From a virus (taxonomy: Duplodnaviria; Heunggongvirae; Uroviricota; Caudoviricetes), in IMG/VR virus record IMGVR_UViG_3300047472_000248, positions 1 through 52,314 of that record: 52,314 bases of DNA. The stretch is one strand, 5' to 3'. The position numbers and the translations under genes were made by a program. The notes under the pieces are model-generated. The model saw only the letters and a program-made list of their open reading frames with translations. It was not told where the DNA came from and ran no database searches. Positions 1-8,550 of the stretch are shown in pieces; the first letter of the stretch is position 1; each line of letters starts with the position of its first letter.

Positions 1-175
1 CGCGAGAGCACCCGGAGCGCAAGGCAACGGGCCCACGTGCACCGCTGGAATCCTGGCGGCCGCGCACCAGACCCTCTGCCTTATACAGACCCCTAGTTTC
101 GTGCCTCGCCTACCGGCGCGGGGCGGGCTTGCGCCCGCCCCAGTGCGGTAAGCTCGCCACGTCGAGGGAACACAA

Positions 176-403
176 TTGGTGACGACTATGACGACCTGGA
201 ACAAGGCCGACTGGGAGATGAAGTTCGTCGCCGAGCTCGAGCGGCTCCGCCCCCACCTGGCCAACACCCGCGTCTCGTTTCGCTATGCCAACGGCGCCTG
301 GCACCGCCAGGGCGTGAAGGGGGTCGAGCCGGCGATCGCCGCGCGCAACCTGAACACCGAGCTGTGCGCCGCCGACGCGAAGATCAAGCGACCGGGGAGC
401 TGA
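176..403 (+). CDS. Small hypothetical protein
   Basis: 75-aa ORF with phage-like codon use; converges on the leftward block across a hairpin-rich spacer. Confidence 0.55.
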   Translation: MVTTMTTWNKADWEMKFVAELERLRPHLANTRVSFRYANGAWHRQGVKGVEPAIAARNLNTELCAADAKIKRPGS

Positions 404-420
404 CCGCCAGAAACGACGAA

Positions 421-436
421 GCCCGCTTGCGCGGGC
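421..436 (-). terminator. Hairpin GCCCGC-4nt-GCGGGC, possible terminator for leftward transcription
   Basis: 6-bp GC stem followed on the minus strand by TTCGTCGTTTC; lies between convergent genes. Confidence 0.35.
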
Positions 437-485
437 TCCGAAGGGCCGCCCCACACCACTGGGGCACTGTCTAAGTGGTCCGGGG

Positions 486-586
486 ACCACCGTCAGGGAC
501 TCGAACCCTGTCCTTCCATCGATCTCGGCCAACGAGCGGGAGTCGCACCCGCCTGATCTTTACGCGCCCTCCCTGAGCGCGGTGAT
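486..586 (-). ncRNA. Candidate tRNA-like structured RNA with two T-loop hairpins
   Basis: Minus strand has CAGGG-TTCGAGT-CCCTG (494-510) and GCGGG-TGCGACT-CCCGC (536-552); the flanks ATCACCG and CGGTGGT can form a 7-bp acceptor-like stem; no anticodon arm or CCA. Confidence 0.35.
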
Positions 587-1077
587 CATAGTTCCTTCAG
601 GTGCTCGAGCTGCCGCGGGTCTGCCACGATGAACTCGGGCTTCGACGGCACGTCTGCCATGCGGACGAGCGCTTCCAACAAGCCCTCGATCGTCAGGGGA
701 GGGGTGTGGCGACGCCGGCGCATCTTCGCGTAGAACGCGGCCCGCCGGGCACGCTTGCCCTTCGGGCCGCGGGTGTGCCAGCGGACTGAATTCGTCCAGG
801 TGATCACGTCTCGCGGCTCGGTCACCAGGAAGTCGTCGGCATTGAAGGGCGCGTAGGGCGGGATGGACTTCGAAAAGAGCTCTACGGCCGCATCCGTGAA
901 GCCGATGGCACCATTCACCTTCCAATCACCCGGGGCGAGGGTGATCGTCGACCCGTTGGCCAGCTTGACGATCTCGTCGTCGGGCGTGACCAGCACGCGC
1001 GGGTCCCAGGTCGACTCGGTAGCCGGCCGCACCAGGCCGTCCATGACGCTGTCGCAGCGGTTGATCAGCGAGTCCAT
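586..1077 (-). CDS. Hypothetical protein
   Basis: ORF track 586..1236; likely start is the ATG at 1077 (MDSLINRC), which avoids a long overlap with the upstream gene. Confidence 0.55.
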   Translation of the reverse strand: MDSLINRCDSVMDGLVRPATESTWDPRVLVTPDDEIVKLANGSTITLAPGDWKVNGAIGFTDAAVELFSKSIPPYAPFNADDFLVTEPRDVITWTNSVRWHTRGPKGKRARRAAFYAKMRRRRHTPPLTIEGLLEALVRMADVPSKPEFIVADPRQLEHLKEL

Positions 1078-1340
1078 ATGGGGTGCACCTTGGCGAGCAA
1101 GCAGGTCAGAAACCACCACCCCAAGAGACCGCACGCGGTGCCCCACGCCGTGCCGATCACCGAAGAGAGTAGAAGGGGGAAGACGAACCATCCAATCGCG
1201 ACCGAAGCCCACCAGCCAATGACCAGCACGACCCAAAGTGGCGCGAAAAACAGGTCGAGGAAGTCGGATATGGCCGCGAAGGACTTGTCGTCCAGCCAGG
1301 CGATCATGTCGTCGTCGCGGTAGTAGTTCTCTTCACTCAC
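1065..1340 (-). CDS. Small membrane protein
   Basis: Two long hydrophobic stretches; GTG start overlaps the upstream stop (GTGA). Confidence 0.6.
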   Translation of the reverse strand: MSEENYYRDDDMIAWLDDKSFAAISDFLDLFFAPLWVVLVIGWWASVAIGWFVFPLLLSSVIGTAWGTACGLLGWWFLTCLLAKVHPIWTR

Positions 1341-2134
1341 CAGGACCCCCAGTTGTTGTTGGCCGTGCGCTCCGCATCGGCGATGACCTCCTCGAGGTCG
1401 GCCTGCGCCTTGGCGATCGCCGCCTGGCGCTCCTCCTCGATCTGCTCGCTGTCGTCGATGCCCATCACGGCCCGGGTGAGCTTGTCGATGTTCAGCGTGG
1501 TGCCCGCCAGCACGTCTTCGAGGGTCGTGAGGGTGTCCATCGAGCGCACGAGTGCGTCGTGGTGCACGTCGCCCCAGCCGCGCACCAGGTCGCGCACCCG
1601 ACCAACGTATGCGCCTTGCGACTCGGTGCGCCGCTTCTCGAACTGGCTGCCAGCCAGCAAGGCGCTGGTCAAGACCTCTTCCTGCTGGGTGTGGTTCAGC
1701 CTATCGAAGTTGACGGCACGCTCTCCGCCGGTGAGTAGCCAGCCGGTGCGCGTCTTGATCAGGTCAAGCGATCGCTGGACCGTCGATACCGCGACTGGAA
1801 GCGTGAATGTGCCCATCATCTCCCTCTCAAAGTCTCTTTTGGTGAGGGACTTCAGCCCGTCCCATACCTTGGGATCGATATTGGCAATTTCGTCCAGCCA
1901 GACCTTGCTGGGTTCGAACTTAGGTTCGGCCTTCGGTGCGGGCGCGCTCCCATGCGTGCGCACGTAGTCGTGCCACGAGGCGGCGAACGTCGACTTGCCA
2001 AACCTCCTCGCCGCGACCACCGCCGGCGCCCCTGCTCCGGAGCACATCGTGGAAGTCAACGCCCGACGCATCTCCTCGAGCCGATCGAGCGCTTGCCTTT
2101 CATCCGCTGAGATCTTCAGCGGGATGGTAGCCAT
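1337..2134 (-). CDS. Hypothetical protein with terminase-like motif remnants
   Basis: AARRFGKST, VWLDEIANIDPKVW and DFEREMMGTF motifs; TATAAT box upstream (2166-2161, minus). Confidence 0.65.
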   Translation of the reverse strand: MATIPLKISADERQALDRLEEMRRALTSTMCSGAGAPAVVAARRFGKSTFAASWHDYVRTHGSAPAPKAEPKFEPSKVWLDEIANIDPKVWDGLKSLTKRDFEREMMGTFTLPVAVSTVQRSLDLIKTRTGWLLTGGERAVNFDRLNHTQQEEVLTSALLAGSQFEKRRTESQGAYVGRVRDLVRGWGDVHHDALVRSMDTLTTLEDVLAGTTLNIDKLTRAVMGIDDSEQIEEERQAAIAKAQADLEEVIADAERTANNNWGSW

Positions 2135-2174
2135 GAGGGTGCGCCCTTATACATGGGCGCATTATAGTAAAGCG

Positions 2175-2186
2175 GTCAGTGCTGAC
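2175..2186. promoter_or_regulatory. Operator GTCAG-NN-CTGAC (#1)
   Basis: GTCAGtgCTGAC, upstream of TATAAT on the minus strand. Confidence 0.8.
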
Positions 2187-2198
2187 TGACCTTTCGAC

Positions 2199-2405
2199 CT
2201 AGTCGCGTTCGACGTGAAAGCCGATGGGCGAGCCCGGCGGGTCTTCGTCGTCATCGTTTCCGAACCGGCCGACCATGTGCTGCAGGGTGGCCAGCGCCAG
2301 CACGAACACGACGACGTTGCCGCTCACGAAGGTGATGGCAGCCGCTATCAGCAGGACCAGGACGTTGAAGATCAGCGAGTAGTGGATCGGTTGCACGGGT
2401 GCCAT
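2199..2405 (-). CDS. Small membrane protein
   Basis: 68 aa, two hydrophobic segments, acidic C-terminus. Confidence 0.6.
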   Translation of the reverse strand: MAPVQPIHYSLIFNVLVLLIAAAITFVSGNVVVFVLALATLQHMVGRFGNDDDEDPPGSPIGFHVERD

Positions 2406-2436
2406 CCTGGAAAGTCAGTGATGGCTGATTGTCCGG

Positions 2437-3960
2437 CTACGCAGCGAGCCGCGTCAAACCCAGGCCGGCATAGTCGAAGTCGTTCACGATGCCCTCGACG
2501 AAGCCCGGCGTCGCCCGGATGATGGCCTGACGCTCGCGGGCGTGCGTCACCAGGTGCGTGTTGAAGTCGTCGTCGACGTCCACGATGAACGCGACGTTGG
2601 GCAGGCCGTTCTTCTTCTCGCGCAGCCCGCGGCCGATGCGCTGGCGCAGCCCCGTCTCGTCCTTCCCGCCGCCGGCGATCGCGATCATCCCGACGGCCGG
2701 GCAGTCGACGCCGACGTCCATGATGGTGGAGCCGATCAGCACGTCCAGCTCACCGGTGCCGAGCCGGGCGATCTCGCGGTCGCGCTCCTTCTGGTTGCTC
2801 TCGCCCCAGACGAACGCGGCCCGGACACCCACGCGCGTGAGCATGTCCCTCAGGATCTTCCCGTGGTCCTTCTGCTTCACCAGGGCCATGCCCGTCAGGC
2901 CGTAGCGCACCGCGCGTGCCAGCTCGGCGACGAGCAGCTTGTTCCGATACTCGTTCTCGACGATGCCGTAGCGGTAGGCGCCCTGCCAGGGCGTGGAGCG
3001 GTAGAGCCGCTTCGGGCGGTGCTGCTCGGGCACCTTCAAGAACTTGAAGTAGGGCCGCGCCAGGATGCCGCTGTCGATCAGCTGCTTTTCGGTGACGCGA
3101 ATGCCGATCGGGCCGCCGCAGGCCATCAACCGCATGTTCGCTTCGGCATCGTCCTTCATGAAGGACGTCGCGGTCAGCGCCAGGCGGTAGGCGGCGTTCT
3201 TGCACGCATCCATCACCTCGAAGTAGCTGTCGCCGCTGGCCTCGTGCGCCTCTTCTGCGACGACGAACTCGAACATCTCGAGAACCTGGCGGGTCTTGGC
3301 GGCCGTCTCGGGATCGCGCAGCCGAGCGGCCAGCGTCTGCACCATGCCGACGCTGAATTGGGTAATGCGACGGCGCTTTTCGCCGTCCAGGGTGTATTCG
3401 ATTCCCCATTCGCCGTCACCGAGCACCGCGACCGGGGCGCCCGTCAGCGCTTCCATCGCGCGGTGCATCTGATACATCAGAATGCCCCGCGTCGTCAGGA
3501 AGAGCGTGCGCCGGCCGATGCGGGTGTAGGCGAGCCGGGCGATGCGGCTCTTGCCGCCGCCGGTCGCGATCTGCGCGGTGATCTGCCCGTGGCGCACCAG
3601 CTGATCGACGGTGCGCATATGGAAGGCATAGCGCTCCGTCTCGGGGAAGTCGTCGACCTTGGGGCGCTCCGGGCCCAGCGGGGGCGGTAGGGGCTTTTTC
3701 ACCAGCTGGATCTCGTAGCCCGCAGCGCGCAGCCCCTTGGTGACGTGCTGGACGAAGCCCGCGTGAAAGCGCGCGCTGTCGTAGTCGAAGAAGCTCGCGC
3801 GGCCATCCCAGCCCGACCCCGACGCCGAGTAGCCCGGCATGTGCTCGGCGCCCTCGACGCGGTAGCTCAGCAGGCGGTGTGCCTCGAGCAGCGCCGGCTT
3901 GTCGGCATCAAAGATTCGCGCGGTTGTCGCGTTCGCCGCTATTCGGAGGATCTTGGCCAT
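2437..3960 (-). CDS. Superfamily 2 (DEAD/DEAH-like) helicase
   Basis: ATGGGKS Walker A, VAEEAH Walker B variant, LTAT motif III, STIMDVGVD motif V, QRIGRGLR motif VI. Confidence 0.9.
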   Translation of the reverse strand: MAKILRIAANATTARIFDADKPALLEAHRLLSYRVEGAEHMPGYSASGSGWDGRASFFDYDSARFHAGFVQHVTKGLRAAGYEIQLVKKPLPPPLGPERPKVDDFPETERYAFHMRTVDQLVRHGQITAQIATGGGKSRIARLAYTRIGRRTLFLTTRGILMYQMHRAMEALTGAPVAVLGDGEWGIEYTLDGEKRRRITQFSVGMVQTLAARLRDPETAAKTRQVLEMFEFVVAEEAHEASGDSYFEVMDACKNAAYRLALTATSFMKDDAEANMRLMACGGPIGIRVTEKQLIDSGILARPYFKFLKVPEQHRPKRLYRSTPWQGAYRYGIVENEYRNKLLVAELARAVRYGLTGMALVKQKDHGKILRDMLTRVGVRAAFVWGESNQKERDREIARLGTGELDVLIGSTIMDVGVDCPAVGMIAIAGGGKDETGLRQRIGRGLREKKNGLPNVAFIVDVDDDFNTHLVTHARERQAIIRATPGFVEGIVNDFDYAGLGLTRLAA

Positions 3961-4001
3961 TCGGTGTGCAAATTTGCCTTATGGATGGTTCGTCGGATAC
4001 A

Positions 4002-4013
4002 GTCAGCCCTGAC
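4002..4013. promoter_or_regulatory. Operator (#2)
   Basis: AGTCAGccCTGACTTA in the divergent helicase/ParB spacer. Confidence 0.85.
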
Positions 4014-4015
4014 TT

Positions 4016-4045
4016 ATTATCGCCTTACACGTAGCCCGATGACAA
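4016..4045 (-). promoter_or_regulatory. Sigma70-like promoter for the helicase operon
   Basis: TTGTCA (4045-4040), 18-bp spacer, GATAAT (4021-4016), then 1 nt and the palindromic operator. Confidence 0.55.
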
Positions 4046-4701
4046 CCCTTCGCGTGGTCGACATGCCCCCGGGCAGCTTGAGCCCCAACCCTTGGAACAG
4101 CAACGTGCTGTCGCCCGAGGCGGAAATCAAGCTCGAGAACAGCATCAAGAAGTTCGGCATCTATCGCCCGATCACGTGTCGTGAGCTGGCGGACGGCACG
4201 CTGCAGATCCTCGGTGGCGAGCACACCGCGCAGGCCGCGGTGCGTCTCGGAATTGAACTGGTGCCGGTCGCCAACCTCGGGCGCGTGCCCGACAAGAAGG
4301 CCAAGGCGCTCGGGCTGGCCGACAACGGCCGCTACGGCGAAGAAGACGTGCTCCGCCTGTCGGAGATCTTGAAGGACCTGGCGGGCGAGGACCTCGCCTC
4401 GTTCCTGCCCATGACCGACGAAGACGTCGCGTCGATGTTCGCAATCAGCAATATAGGTCTCGACGACCTCGACTTGCCCGCGGACGACGAAAGATCCGAG
4501 GATCTGCCTGACCTCTCGCGTGGCGCGCCCGAGACGCACACCCTGATGCGCTTCAAGGTGCCGCTCGAGTCGGCCGCCGCCATCAAGCGCGTCATCGACC
4601 ACTTCATGAAGCGGTCGGGCTACGACCGCGACAAGGACGCGCTGGCCGGCGCCGGCATGGCGCTCGCCGACCTCTGCACCCAGATGGAGGCCGGCAAGTG
4701 A
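4039..4701 (+). CDS. ParB/Srx-like nuclease-domain protein 1
   Basis: LSPNPWNSN...SIKKFG...ILGGEH...ADN pattern of ParB N-terminal domains; start at ATG 4039. Confidence 0.85.
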   Translation: MTTLRVVDMPPGSLSPNPWNSNVLSPEAEIKLENSIKKFGIYRPITCRELADGTLQILGGEHTAQAAVRLGIELVPVANLGRVPDKKAKALGLADNGRYGEEDVLRLSEILKDLAGEDLASFLPMTDEDVASMFAISNIGLDDLDLPADDERSEDLPDLSRGAPETHTLMRFKVPLESAAAIKRVIDHFMKRSGYDRDKDALAGAGMALADLCTQMEAGK

Positions 4702-4901
4702 GCTTCAGCCTCTACGACGAAGGCGACGACTGGAAGTTCGGCTGCTGCAGCGTCTGCAACTACCGCGGCGCGGTGGACTGCGACCGCTGCGAGGACGCCG
4801 ACTGCTTCGAGCTCGATCCGGAGGTCCTCGAGAACATGGACCCGGACCAGCAGCGCCAGATCAAGCGCCACATCCCGATTCGCGCCCTGGAGCCCGCATG
4901 A
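4698..4901 (+). CDS. Small Cys-rich (Zn-binding) protein
   Basis: CCSVC...CDRC...C; overlaps both neighbours by 4 nt. Confidence 0.6.
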   Translation: MSFSLYDEGDDWKFGCCSVCNYRGAVDCDRCEDADCFELDPEVLENMDPDQQRQIKRHIPIRALEPA

Positions 4902-5101
4902 GCGACTTCACGCATGAATCGGTGCACCCCGATGCGTTCAAGCGCCTGGTCGGCGCGACCGTGACGGGGCTGGGTGCGCGCATCACCGAAGACAACCACG
5001 TCGAGATCCTGCTGATGACCGACCGCGGCAGGTGGCTCATCGCTGCCGACGAATCGGGCGAGCCCGACATCTACGAAATCACGGAGCACAAGCCCGAATG
5101 A
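4898..5101 (+). CDS. Hypothetical protein
   Basis: 67 aa, translationally coupled (ATGA overlaps). Confidence 0.6.
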   Translation: MSDFTHESVHPDAFKRLVGATVTGLGARITEDNHVEILLMTDRGRWLIAADESGEPDIYEITEHKPE

Positions 5102-5748
5102 AGCCGCTGAAGATCGAACTCTGGGACCCGAAGGACCTGATCCCCTACGAGCACAACTCGAAGAAGCACCCCGACGAGCAGATCGCCAAGATCGCCGAGT
5201 CGACGCAGAAGTTCGGCTGGGACCAGCCGATCGTCGTCGACAAGCACGGGGTCATCATCAAGGGCCACGGCCGGCGCCTGGCCGCGCTGAAGCTGGGCCT
5301 GGCCAAGGTGCCCGTGCTGATCCGTGCGGACCTCACGCCCGACCAGGTGAAGGCCGCGCGCCTGGCCGACAACCGTGCCGCGCTCTCCGACATCGACGCG
5401 AACATGCTGCGCATCGAGATGGCCGAGATCACGGGCATCGACGAGCTGCTGGGCGGCATCTTCGACGACAAGGAACTCGACTTCCTGACGGCCGACCTGG
5501 GCGAGATGAACTCCGGCGCGTTCGTCACCGACATGGACCTCGTGGTCTCCGAGCAGAAGGCAGACCTCGACGGCCGAATCGCCGAAGCAACCCAGAAGCG
5601 CGTCCCGGTGGCCAAGGCCATGGGCGTGAAGGACGTGCCGGCCACTGCCAGCCTGGCGCTTGCCGCCTTCATGGTGCGCATCGAAGCCGAGACCGGCCTG
5701 AAGGGCGGCGACGCGCTCGCGAAGTGGGCCGAGAAGGAAATCGCATGA
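5098..5748 (+). CDS. ParB/Srx-like nuclease-domain protein 2
   Basis: LIPYEHNSKKH...FGWDQPIVVD...IIKGHGR...RLADN; start at ATG 5098. Confidence 0.9.
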   Translation: MKPLKIELWDPKDLIPYEHNSKKHPDEQIAKIAESTQKFGWDQPIVVDKHGVIIKGHGRRLAALKLGLAKVPVLIRADLTPDQVKAARLADNRAALSDIDANMLRIEMAEITGIDELLGGIFDDKELDFLTADLGEMNSGAFVTDMDLVVSEQKADLDGRIAEATQKRVPVAKAMGVKDVPATASLALAAFMVRIEAETGLKGGDALAKWAEKEIA

Positions 5749-6137
5749 GCGATTTGGCAGGTCCGGAGGCGCCCGTCAGTGCTGACTTTCGCGGTCTGCC
5801 GCGGCGCATCCACATCGGGCACTTCACGTTCCGGATCTACCTCCGGGACGAGACGGGCAACGCAATCCTGGCCGATGCCTGGGGCAACTGCGACTGCCAG
5901 AAGGCCGTCATCGACATCCACAAGGAAACGCCGGCCTGGCTGGCTGCCAACACGGTCCAGCACGAGATCACGCACGCGATCAACTTCGTCTACGGCATCA
6001 CTGACGAGACGACCGAAGAGCAGTTCACCACGCAGCACACGAACGGCCTGATCGAAGTCCTGCTGAAGAACCCGCGCTACGCGACCTGGCTGGCCCGCCA
6101 GCTGCGCGCAATGCGAAAGGAAGCCTCCCATGACTGA
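5745..6137 (+). CDS. HExxH-motif putative Zn metallopeptidase-like protein
   Basis: QHEITHAI motif; ATGA-coupled start at 5745. Confidence 0.6.
   Translation: MSDLAGPEAPVSADFRGLPRRIHIGHFTFRIYLRDETGNAILADAWGNCDCQKAVIDIHKETPAWLAANTVQHEITHAINFVYGITDETTEEQFTTQHTNGLIEVLLKNPRYATWLARQLRAMRKEASHD
5775..5786. promoter_or_regulatory. Operator (#3, intragenic)
   Basis: GTCAGtgCTGACTT near the 5' end of the 5745 gene. Confidence 0.65.
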
Positions 6138-6312
6138 CCTCCTGCTCAAGGCCCGTCTCGGGCTCGCGCTGCTCATGCCCAAGTGGCTGATCCGCCTGTG
6201 CCTGATCAAGGCCATCGCGATCGCCTCGACCGGCCGCTGGAAGGGCGAGCTCACCGACATCCTCCAACCCCTCACTGCCGACGAGCTGCTCGCTCGCGTC
6301 ATCGCATCATGA
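6130..6312 (+). CDS. Hypothetical protein
   Basis: 60-aa ORF coupled to both neighbours. Confidence 0.5.
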   Translation: MTDLLLKARLGLALLMPKWLIRLCLIKAIAIASTGRWKGELTDILQPLTADELLARVIAS

Positions 6313-6665
6313 ACCATCGAATCACCTCTAGCCCCTATTGGAACAACGAGACCGACACTCTCGTGTTGCCTTCGGCCGCGCAGGACCCAACGAAGCTGAA
6401 GCACCCCCTCCCTGACACGATCGGAGGCAGTATCGCGGCGATCCACACAGCACTGGCCACCTACGATGCCTCGAAGCTGAAGCACCCGGAGCGCTCGCGG
6501 ACCTACATCTATGCCGATGGCACGACGTTCCGCGTCGACAACGTCACGCACGTCAAGGTCAGTGCCGGCGGTAACCACCGCCTGAAGACTGCTGGCGGCC
6601 ACCTGCACATCGTCGTGCCTGGCTGGCGCGCGATCACGATCGACGCGGACGACTGGTCGTTCTGA
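6309..6665 (+). CDS. Hypothetical phage protein
   Basis: Start at ATG 6309; beta-rich C-terminus (RTYIYADG...HRL...GW..I.ID..DWSF). Confidence 0.6.
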   Translation: MNHRITSSPYWNNETDTLVLPSAAQDPTKLKHPLPDTIGGSIAAIHTALATYDASKLKHPERSRTYIYADGTTFRVDNVTHVKVSAGGNHRLKTAGGHLHIVVPGWRAITIDADDWSF

Positions 6666-7375
6666 TGACCACCTACACCATCAGCAAGCGGTTCAAGACC
6701 CGCGTGCAGCGCTCCGACCGCGTGCTCGAGATCGCCGAGGCCTTCGGGATCGGGCTCGAGGACAAGGAATTCGTCGTCTTCGACGACCTGAAGCTCGAAG
6801 TCGAGAAGGGCGATGTCGTCTACATCACCGGCCAGTCGGGCGGGGGCAAGTCCGTGCTGCTGCGCGAGCTTTCCTCGCAGATGGCCGCTGAGGGCAAGTC
6901 GGTCGTGAACCTGGATCATGTCGAACTGCTCGACAAGCCGCTCATCGACCAGATCGGCACCGACACGAACGACGCGATCCGCATCCTGTCGATCGCCGGC
7001 ATCAACGACGCCTACCTCTACGTGCGCCGGCCGAGCGAGCTGTCGGACGGCCAGCGCTACCGCTTCCGCCTGGCCAAGGCCATCGAGACCAAGGCCGACG
7101 TCTGGGTCGCCGACGAGTTCCTGGCCGTGCTGGACCGCACCGCGGCGCGCGTCATCGCCTTCAGCCTGCAGAAGACGGCACGGCGCGCCGGCGCGACTGT
7201 GATCGTCGCTACCACCCACACCGACATGGTAGACGACCTGGCGCCCACCATCTACATCGAGAAGCGCTTCCGCGAGAAGGTGCGCATCGAAGCGGGCGGC
7301 GAGCTGCGGAAGCTCCTGGACGCGGGCCCCGTGACGCGCGACCAGGCTTACAGCCTGATCCTGGCGAGCGTCTGA
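6665..7375 (+). CDS. Stand-alone ABC-type ATPase
   Basis: GQSGGGKS Walker A, LSDGQ signature, VADEF Walker B, ATTH H-loop; no permease gene nearby. Confidence 0.9.
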   Translation: MTTYTISKRFKTRVQRSDRVLEIAEAFGIGLEDKEFVVFDDLKLEVEKGDVVYITGQSGGGKSVLLRELSSQMAAEGKSVVNLDHVELLDKPLIDQIGTDTNDAIRILSIAGINDAYLYVRRPSELSDGQRYRFRLAKAIETKADVWVADEFLAVLDRTAARVIAFSLQKTARRAGATVIVATTHTDMVDDLAPTIYIEKRFREKVRIEAGGELRKLLDAGPVTRDQAYSLILASV

Positions 7376-7587
7376 TGATGAAAGCCTTCTTCATTGCCGC
7401 GGTGCTGGCCCTTGCCGGTTGTGCCGTCGAGCCCACGCGGCCGAACGGCATGCCGGCGCACCACGTCGACCCGCGCTACCTGGTCGGCTGCAAGGACCAA
7501 AAGATCACCGTGCTGATCGATGCCGATATGGCCGGCCGGCTCGAGCTTGCCATCGACCCTGACTTCTGCAGCGAGAAGGACATCTGA
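7375..7587 (+). CDS. Small lipoprotein
   Basis: Signal peptide ending in the LAGC lipobox. Confidence 0.7.
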   Translation: MMKAFFIAAVLALAGCAVEPTRPNGMPAHHVDPRYLVGCKDQKITVLIDADMAGRLELAIDPDFCSEKDI

Positions 7588-7808
7588 TGATGAAGGTCTA
7601 CCTCGCGGCCTGTCTGGTCATCCTACTGCTGGTGGTCTTCCTGGCCACTCTCGATGTCCCGCCGCTGCCCGCCGGCCCGACCGAGCAGGTGCCGGCTATC
7701 TCCATGCCCGAGATCGAGCAGCACCTGCGCCGGCGCGTCAACTGCGGCCCCGATATCGGCTCCCTCTTCAACGCAGACCTCTGCATTCAACAAGGACACC
7801 TCCGATGA
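7587..7808 (+). CDS. Small membrane-anchored protein
   Basis: N-terminal hydrophobic helix; TGATG coupling. Confidence 0.55.
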   Translation: MMKVYLAACLVILLLVVFLATLDVPPLPAGPTEQVPAISMPEIEQHLRRRVNCGPDIGSLFNADLCIQQGHLR

Positions 7809-8260
7809 CTGTCGTCGCGTGGGATGGCAAGACCCTGGCGGCCGATCGCCAGCTGACGTGCGGCACGCGCCGCCAGACGACCCTGAAGGTCTTCAAGCTA
7901 CCTGGGGCTGCCCTGATCGGCTGCAGCGGCTCTGGGCCGCTGATTGCGCTCTTCATGGCATGGTTCAACAACGGGGCTCTGCTCGACCAGTGGCCGAGCC
8001 AGCTGAAGGACGACGATGGTGGGTTTGCAGCCGTCGTGATCAAGCCGAACGACCCCGTCGTCTACACCTACTTCAACACGCCCGTTCCGAGCCAGTGCCG
8101 GGATCGCTACTACGTCATCGGCAGCGGTTCGGACTTCGCCTATGCGGCGATGCTGATGGGCAAGACGGCGGCCGAAGCGGTGGCGTTCACCAACGAGATC
8201 GACGTCTACTGCGGCGGCGGCGTGGACACGGTGAGCTTCGAGGACGAGGTGCCGGCATGA
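7805..8260 (+). CDS. Ntn-hydrolase / proteasome beta-subunit (HslV-like) protein
   Basis: M-T-V-V-A...LAADRQ...LKVF...IGCSG...IGSG; Thr follows the initiator Met. Confidence 0.7.
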   Translation: MTVVAWDGKTLAADRQLTCGTRRQTTLKVFKLPGAALIGCSGSGPLIALFMAWFNNGALLDQWPSQLKDDDGGFAAVVIKPNDPVVYTYFNTPVPSQCRDRYYVIGSGSDFAYAAMLMGKTAAEAVAFTNEIDVYCGGGVDTVSFEDEVPA

Positions 8261-8550
8261 CCTACGACGAGATCGTCGCGGCGTCGAAGGCCGAACCCCA
8301 GCTGATCCTCTTCTACGGCCAGGACTGCGCGCCCTGCGACCAGCTGAAGGCCTCGATGGCGGTGCTGCGCGTCGAGCGCCACATGGACGTGCACGAGCTG
8401 GCCGTTGCCGACCACCTGGCGGAGGCCCGCGCGCTCGGCCTGCGCTCGGTTCCCACGCTCGTGCTGCACGACGCCGGCGTGACCCGCCAGTCGAGCGGCG
8501 CAAAGTCCGTCTGGGAACTCGACGCGCTGCTGAAGAGCTGGGGCGTCTGA
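8257..8550 (+). CDS. Thioredoxin-like protein
   Basis: LILFYGQDCAPC and GLRSVPTL (cis-Pro) motifs; start at ATG 8257. Confidence 0.85.
   Translation: MTYDEIVAASKAEPQLILFYGQDCAPCDQLKASMAVLRVERHMDVHELAVADHLAEARALGLRSVPTLVLHDAGVTRQSSGAKSVWELDALLKSWGV

Noticed and set aside
120-141. GGGGCGGGC-TTGC-GCCCGCCCC hairpin
   Set aside because: Perfect stem but no U-tract on either strand and no context; function unsupported.
486-586. Bona fide tRNA gene
   Set aside because: No anticodon stem-loop or CCA, and the D-arm spacing is non-standard; kept only as a tRNA-like candidate.
2437-3960. Helicase pseudogene because of EEAH in place of DEAH
   Set aside because: The ORF is intact, all other motifs are present, and it has its own promoter; the D-to-E change is conservative.
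6665-7375. Membrane ABC transporter
   Set aside because: No permease or substrate-binding gene; the nearby small membrane proteins are too short to be a convincing permease.
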